Below the pieces are notes generated by a model. That model worked only from the letters and a program-made list of their open reading frames with translations, was not told the DNA's origin and made no database searches. A DNA stretch of 64,000 nucleotides. It comes from Tubulanus polymorphus (Eukaryota > Animalia > Nemertea). Position 1 is the first letter of the stretch; every line of letters starts with the position of its first letter. A program made the position numbers and the translations under genes. The stretch is from NCBI RefSeq assembly GCF_964204645.1, contig NC_134025.1, positions 16,343,101 through 16,407,100 on the forward strand, read 5' to 3'. Positions 61,493 through 64,000 of the stretch are shown piece after piece.

Positions 61493-62248
61493 ATGGTAGA
61501 ATTAAAAGAATACAGAATATTTGTTGATTCTAGAAGGCTTACAAATTATAAATCTCATAATTTACTAGTACAATTAGATAGAGAATTTAAGAATTGTGTA
61601 GATTTAAAATTAGTTAATATAAGTTTATGTAATTCTTTTTATAATATATCGGATAAAACTTTTGAACATAGAGGGTTTATGATTTATATGAGAAATAAAG
61701 ATAAATGGTTTCATATATTTTTAAAACCAGGATTATATAATTTAGAATCATTAGCGCAGGAAATTAATAGAAGAGCTCGGTTAAAAATCGGGGGCACTTC
61801 TGTATTTGAAATTAAATTTAATAAAATTGATAGTACTAATAAAATAAGAATAAAGATATCTAATGAACAACATAAATTTATGGTAAACAAACCACTGGCT
61901 AAAATGTTAGGAATTAAACCTCTTACAGTTACTGGAAACGCAGAAGGCAGCTCAAATATAATACCTCTTACACACTTTTATATTTATTGCAATTTAATCG
62001 AGCCTACAAAAACTTTCGAAGCAACTAAAGAAACAATTTGTAGTTCTAGTATACTAAATGTTTTACCGCTAAAAAATGTTAAACAATTTGGAACTCAAAT
62101 AAATTATAATTTAACAGAATGTGATTTTAAACCTTGCATTCCTCAATTTAATAATTTTAAATTAGAAATTAGAAATCATAATGGATACTTAATTGATTTG
62201 AATAACTTTCCTGTAATTTATGAATTAGTTATAAGATGTAGAGAGTAA
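61493..62248 (+). CDS. Minor capsid (penton) protein, single jelly-roll, open frame
   Basis: IFVDSR..VQLDREFKN..LKLV, PGLYN, YIYCNLI, LEIRNHNGYLIDLN..YELVIR pattern typical of Polinton/virophage pentons. Confidence 0.78.
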   Translation: MVELKEYRIFVDSRRLTNYKSHNLLVQLDREFKNCVDLKLVNISLCNSFYNISDKTFEHRGFMIYMRNKDKWFHIFLKPGLYNLESLAQEINRRARLKIGGTSVFEIKFNKIDSTNKIRIKISNEQHKFMVNKPLAKMLGIKPLTVTGNAEGSSNIIPLTHFYIYCNLIEPTKTFEATKETICSSSILNVLPLKNVKQFGTQINYNLTECDFKPCIPQFNNFKLEIRNHNGYLIDLNNFPVIYELVIRCRE

Positions 62249-62264
62249 TTTTTTCATTATGTAA

Positions 62265-62621
62265 ATGAATGTAACTGGTGGGCCGAGCATATGTTTTGGA
62301 TTTGATTTTAAACGTGAGAAAGAAATGAAATTTAACGTTAATGATGTAATTAAACATATCAAAAATATTCCATTTTCTAATGAAACAACATTTGAGTATG
62401 AAACAACAATAGATAAAGAAACTTTAAATGTAGAAAAGATTACTAATTTAATTAGAGAATCTTTAAGATTTTATGAATTAGATGAAGATTTTATCATCGA
62501 TGATATTAAAAAAATAATAATTGAAATATATACAAATGAAACTAGTAATGAAATGAATGTTGAATTAATCATAAATAAGTTAACTAAATATTTTGATGAT
62601 AGTAATTTTTTTGATAAATAA
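62265..62621 (+). CDS. 118-aa conserved unknown protein
   Basis: Intact in A, B and D. Confidence 0.75.
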   Translation: MNVTGGPSICFGFDFKREKEMKFNVNDVIKHIKNIPFSNETTFEYETTIDKETLNVEKITNLIRESLRFYELDEDFIIDDIKKIIIEIYTNETSNEMNVELIINKLTKYFDDSNFFDK

Positions 62622-62843
62622 ATGAGTGATAATAAGTGGATAATAACTGGATTATATAATGGAGCATTACTATCAGTTGGAACTGTTGGTTATTCAATGG
62701 TATTAAAAAAAGTATTTAAAATGGGAAGTGTTAATGTTGATAGATTTGATATAAATGATATTTTGAAATTAACATTAGCAGTTACTTTATCTAATTTAAC
62801 TATTGATTATTTGGAAAAACAAAAATATATTCCTCCCATATAA
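62622..62843 (+). CDS. 73-aa hydrophobic protein
   Basis: Two hydrophobic helices; present in all copies. Confidence 0.75.
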   Translation: MSDNKWIITGLYNGALLSVGTVGYSMVLKKVFKMGSVNVDRFDINDILKLTLAVTLSNLTIDYLEKQKYIPPI

Positions 62844-62866
62844 ATGCATAATTTTTTGCTAAATAA

Positions 62867-63285
62867 ATGGCTTCTGCAATTATAACTATTATAGGATCGG
62901 CAATTGTTAACGCTTTAGCATTTACTGGTTGCGGTTATTTATTTAAGCATATTGATAAAAATAGTTCATTAGGAGAACAAAGAAGACATAACTTAGCATT
63001 AGAGAAATACAATAAAGCAGCAGAAGAATACAGAGAAAAACGACAAAACTATATGGATTATATTATGAATTATATGATCAGAAGATTTCACATAGAGATT
63101 TTCAATCAGTTGATGATGCAATGAGTTTATATAACGCGGTAACAAATAAAGAAAAATTACATCTATACAAACCTAAATTATCAGATTATTATACCCCAAG
63201 TAAAGAACAACAGAAATATGAAATAATTTGGATTTTAGGGGGAACAGTTATTGTTATATTTGTTGCTTATAAGTTTACTAATTAG
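62867..63285 (+). pseudogene. 140-aa membrane protein, frameshifted
   Basis: Matches 41286-41708. Confidence 0.75.
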
Positions 63286-63304
63286 TATTTTTTTTGCTAA
63301 ATAA

Positions 63305-64000
63305 ATGGATGATAATATTGATAATATTGATATTATTCTTCATGATATAAATAAAACTAAATTAAGAATATATTTAGAAAAACAAATATTAGAATTTGAA
63401 AGTGATTTAAAAGTTAAAAAGAAAAAGTATTTAAAAAGTAAAATTATATATTATTTGATTATAAGTGGTTCGGTTACAATTAGTTCTGTAATAACATTTC
63501 TAACAATATTCAGCCCATTAACACCTTTAGCTATATCAATTGGTGTATTAGGATTAAGTTCAAGTGTTTTAACTGATATAAGTTCAAAATCTATATCTTC
63601 TACATCTAATAATGTAATACCTTCTACATCTAACAATGTAATTCCTTCTACATCTAATAATGTAATACCTTCTACATCTAATAATGTAATACCTTCTACA
63701 TCTAATAATGTAATACCTTCTACATATAATAATGCAATAATATTAAATGTTAGTGAAAATAGAAATTATTGTGATTATTGTAAAGGCGAATTTTCAAACG
63801 CTCCATCAAATTGGAATAAACATATGAATACAAGGGTACATATAAATAATGTTATAGAACGCGTTGGTAAAAGAGAATTTATAGAACACCCATTTAGATA
63901 TGTTACAAAGTTTGTTTCAAATAAAAAAGTAAATGGTAAAGAATTATATGAAGATTTATTATTAGCAACGCCTAATAAAGATGAATTAGATTTAACCGAT
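63305..64000 (+). CDS. In-frame chimera: 2-TM protein N-terminus fused to repeat/ZnF part of the MEGGKVY protein (open to window end)
   Basis: Manual translation shows 232 open codons; junction near 63590. Confidence 0.7.
   Translation, partial: MDDNIDNIDIILHDINKTKLRIYLEKQILEFESDLKVKKKKYLKSKIIYYLIISGSVTISSVITFLTIFSPLTPLAISIGVLGLSSSVLTDISSKSISSTSNNVIPSTSNNVIPSTSNNVIPSTSNNVIPSTSNNVIPSTYNNAIILNVSENRNYCDYCKGEFSNAPSNWNKHMNTRVHINNVIERVGKREFIEHPFRYVTKFVSNKKVNGKELYEDLLLATPNKDELDLTD

Larger units (their letters stand above)
57456..64000 (+). mobile_element. Family 2 Polinton-like element, copy D (left end deleted, runs off window)
   Basis: Partial B-type hairpin 57456-57537 fused to pPolB, then the family 2 gene order. 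Confidence 0.93.

Overview
Animal (probably invertebrate) genomic DNA made almost entirely of nested mobile elements; I see no convincing host gene. It holds five Polinton/Maverick-type (adintovirus-like) insertions from two families. Family 1 (1-5030) is the right end of a conventional Maverick with a VSR-type pPolB, a spliced PC4-like gene, CRE repeats and an ACTACT terminus. Family 2 is very AT-rich and intronless, with four copies: A ~6857-13824, B 18583-31550 (TSD ACCAAA), C 36229-53145 (TSD GATATA) and D 57456->end. Together they encode an EndoVII-type pPolB, penton, major capsid protein, packaging ATPase, chromodomain integrase, HNH nuclease and about six membrane proteins, but no recognisable adenain protease. 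Standout observations in family 2: every terminus is a large fold-back palindrome (122, 189 or 410 bp) with conserved architecture but different sequence. Most genes start in a poxvirus-late-promoter-like T-run/spacer/TAAATG context. A 27-bp palindromic unit occurs three times in copy C, twice in-frame in proteins. The surrounding elements are a CR1/L2-like LINE, a tRNA-derived SINE, two Gypsy LTR elements, a Helentron-type HINE, a Kolobok transposon and a CACTA-like remnant. All calls come from reading motifs by eye; no searches were run.
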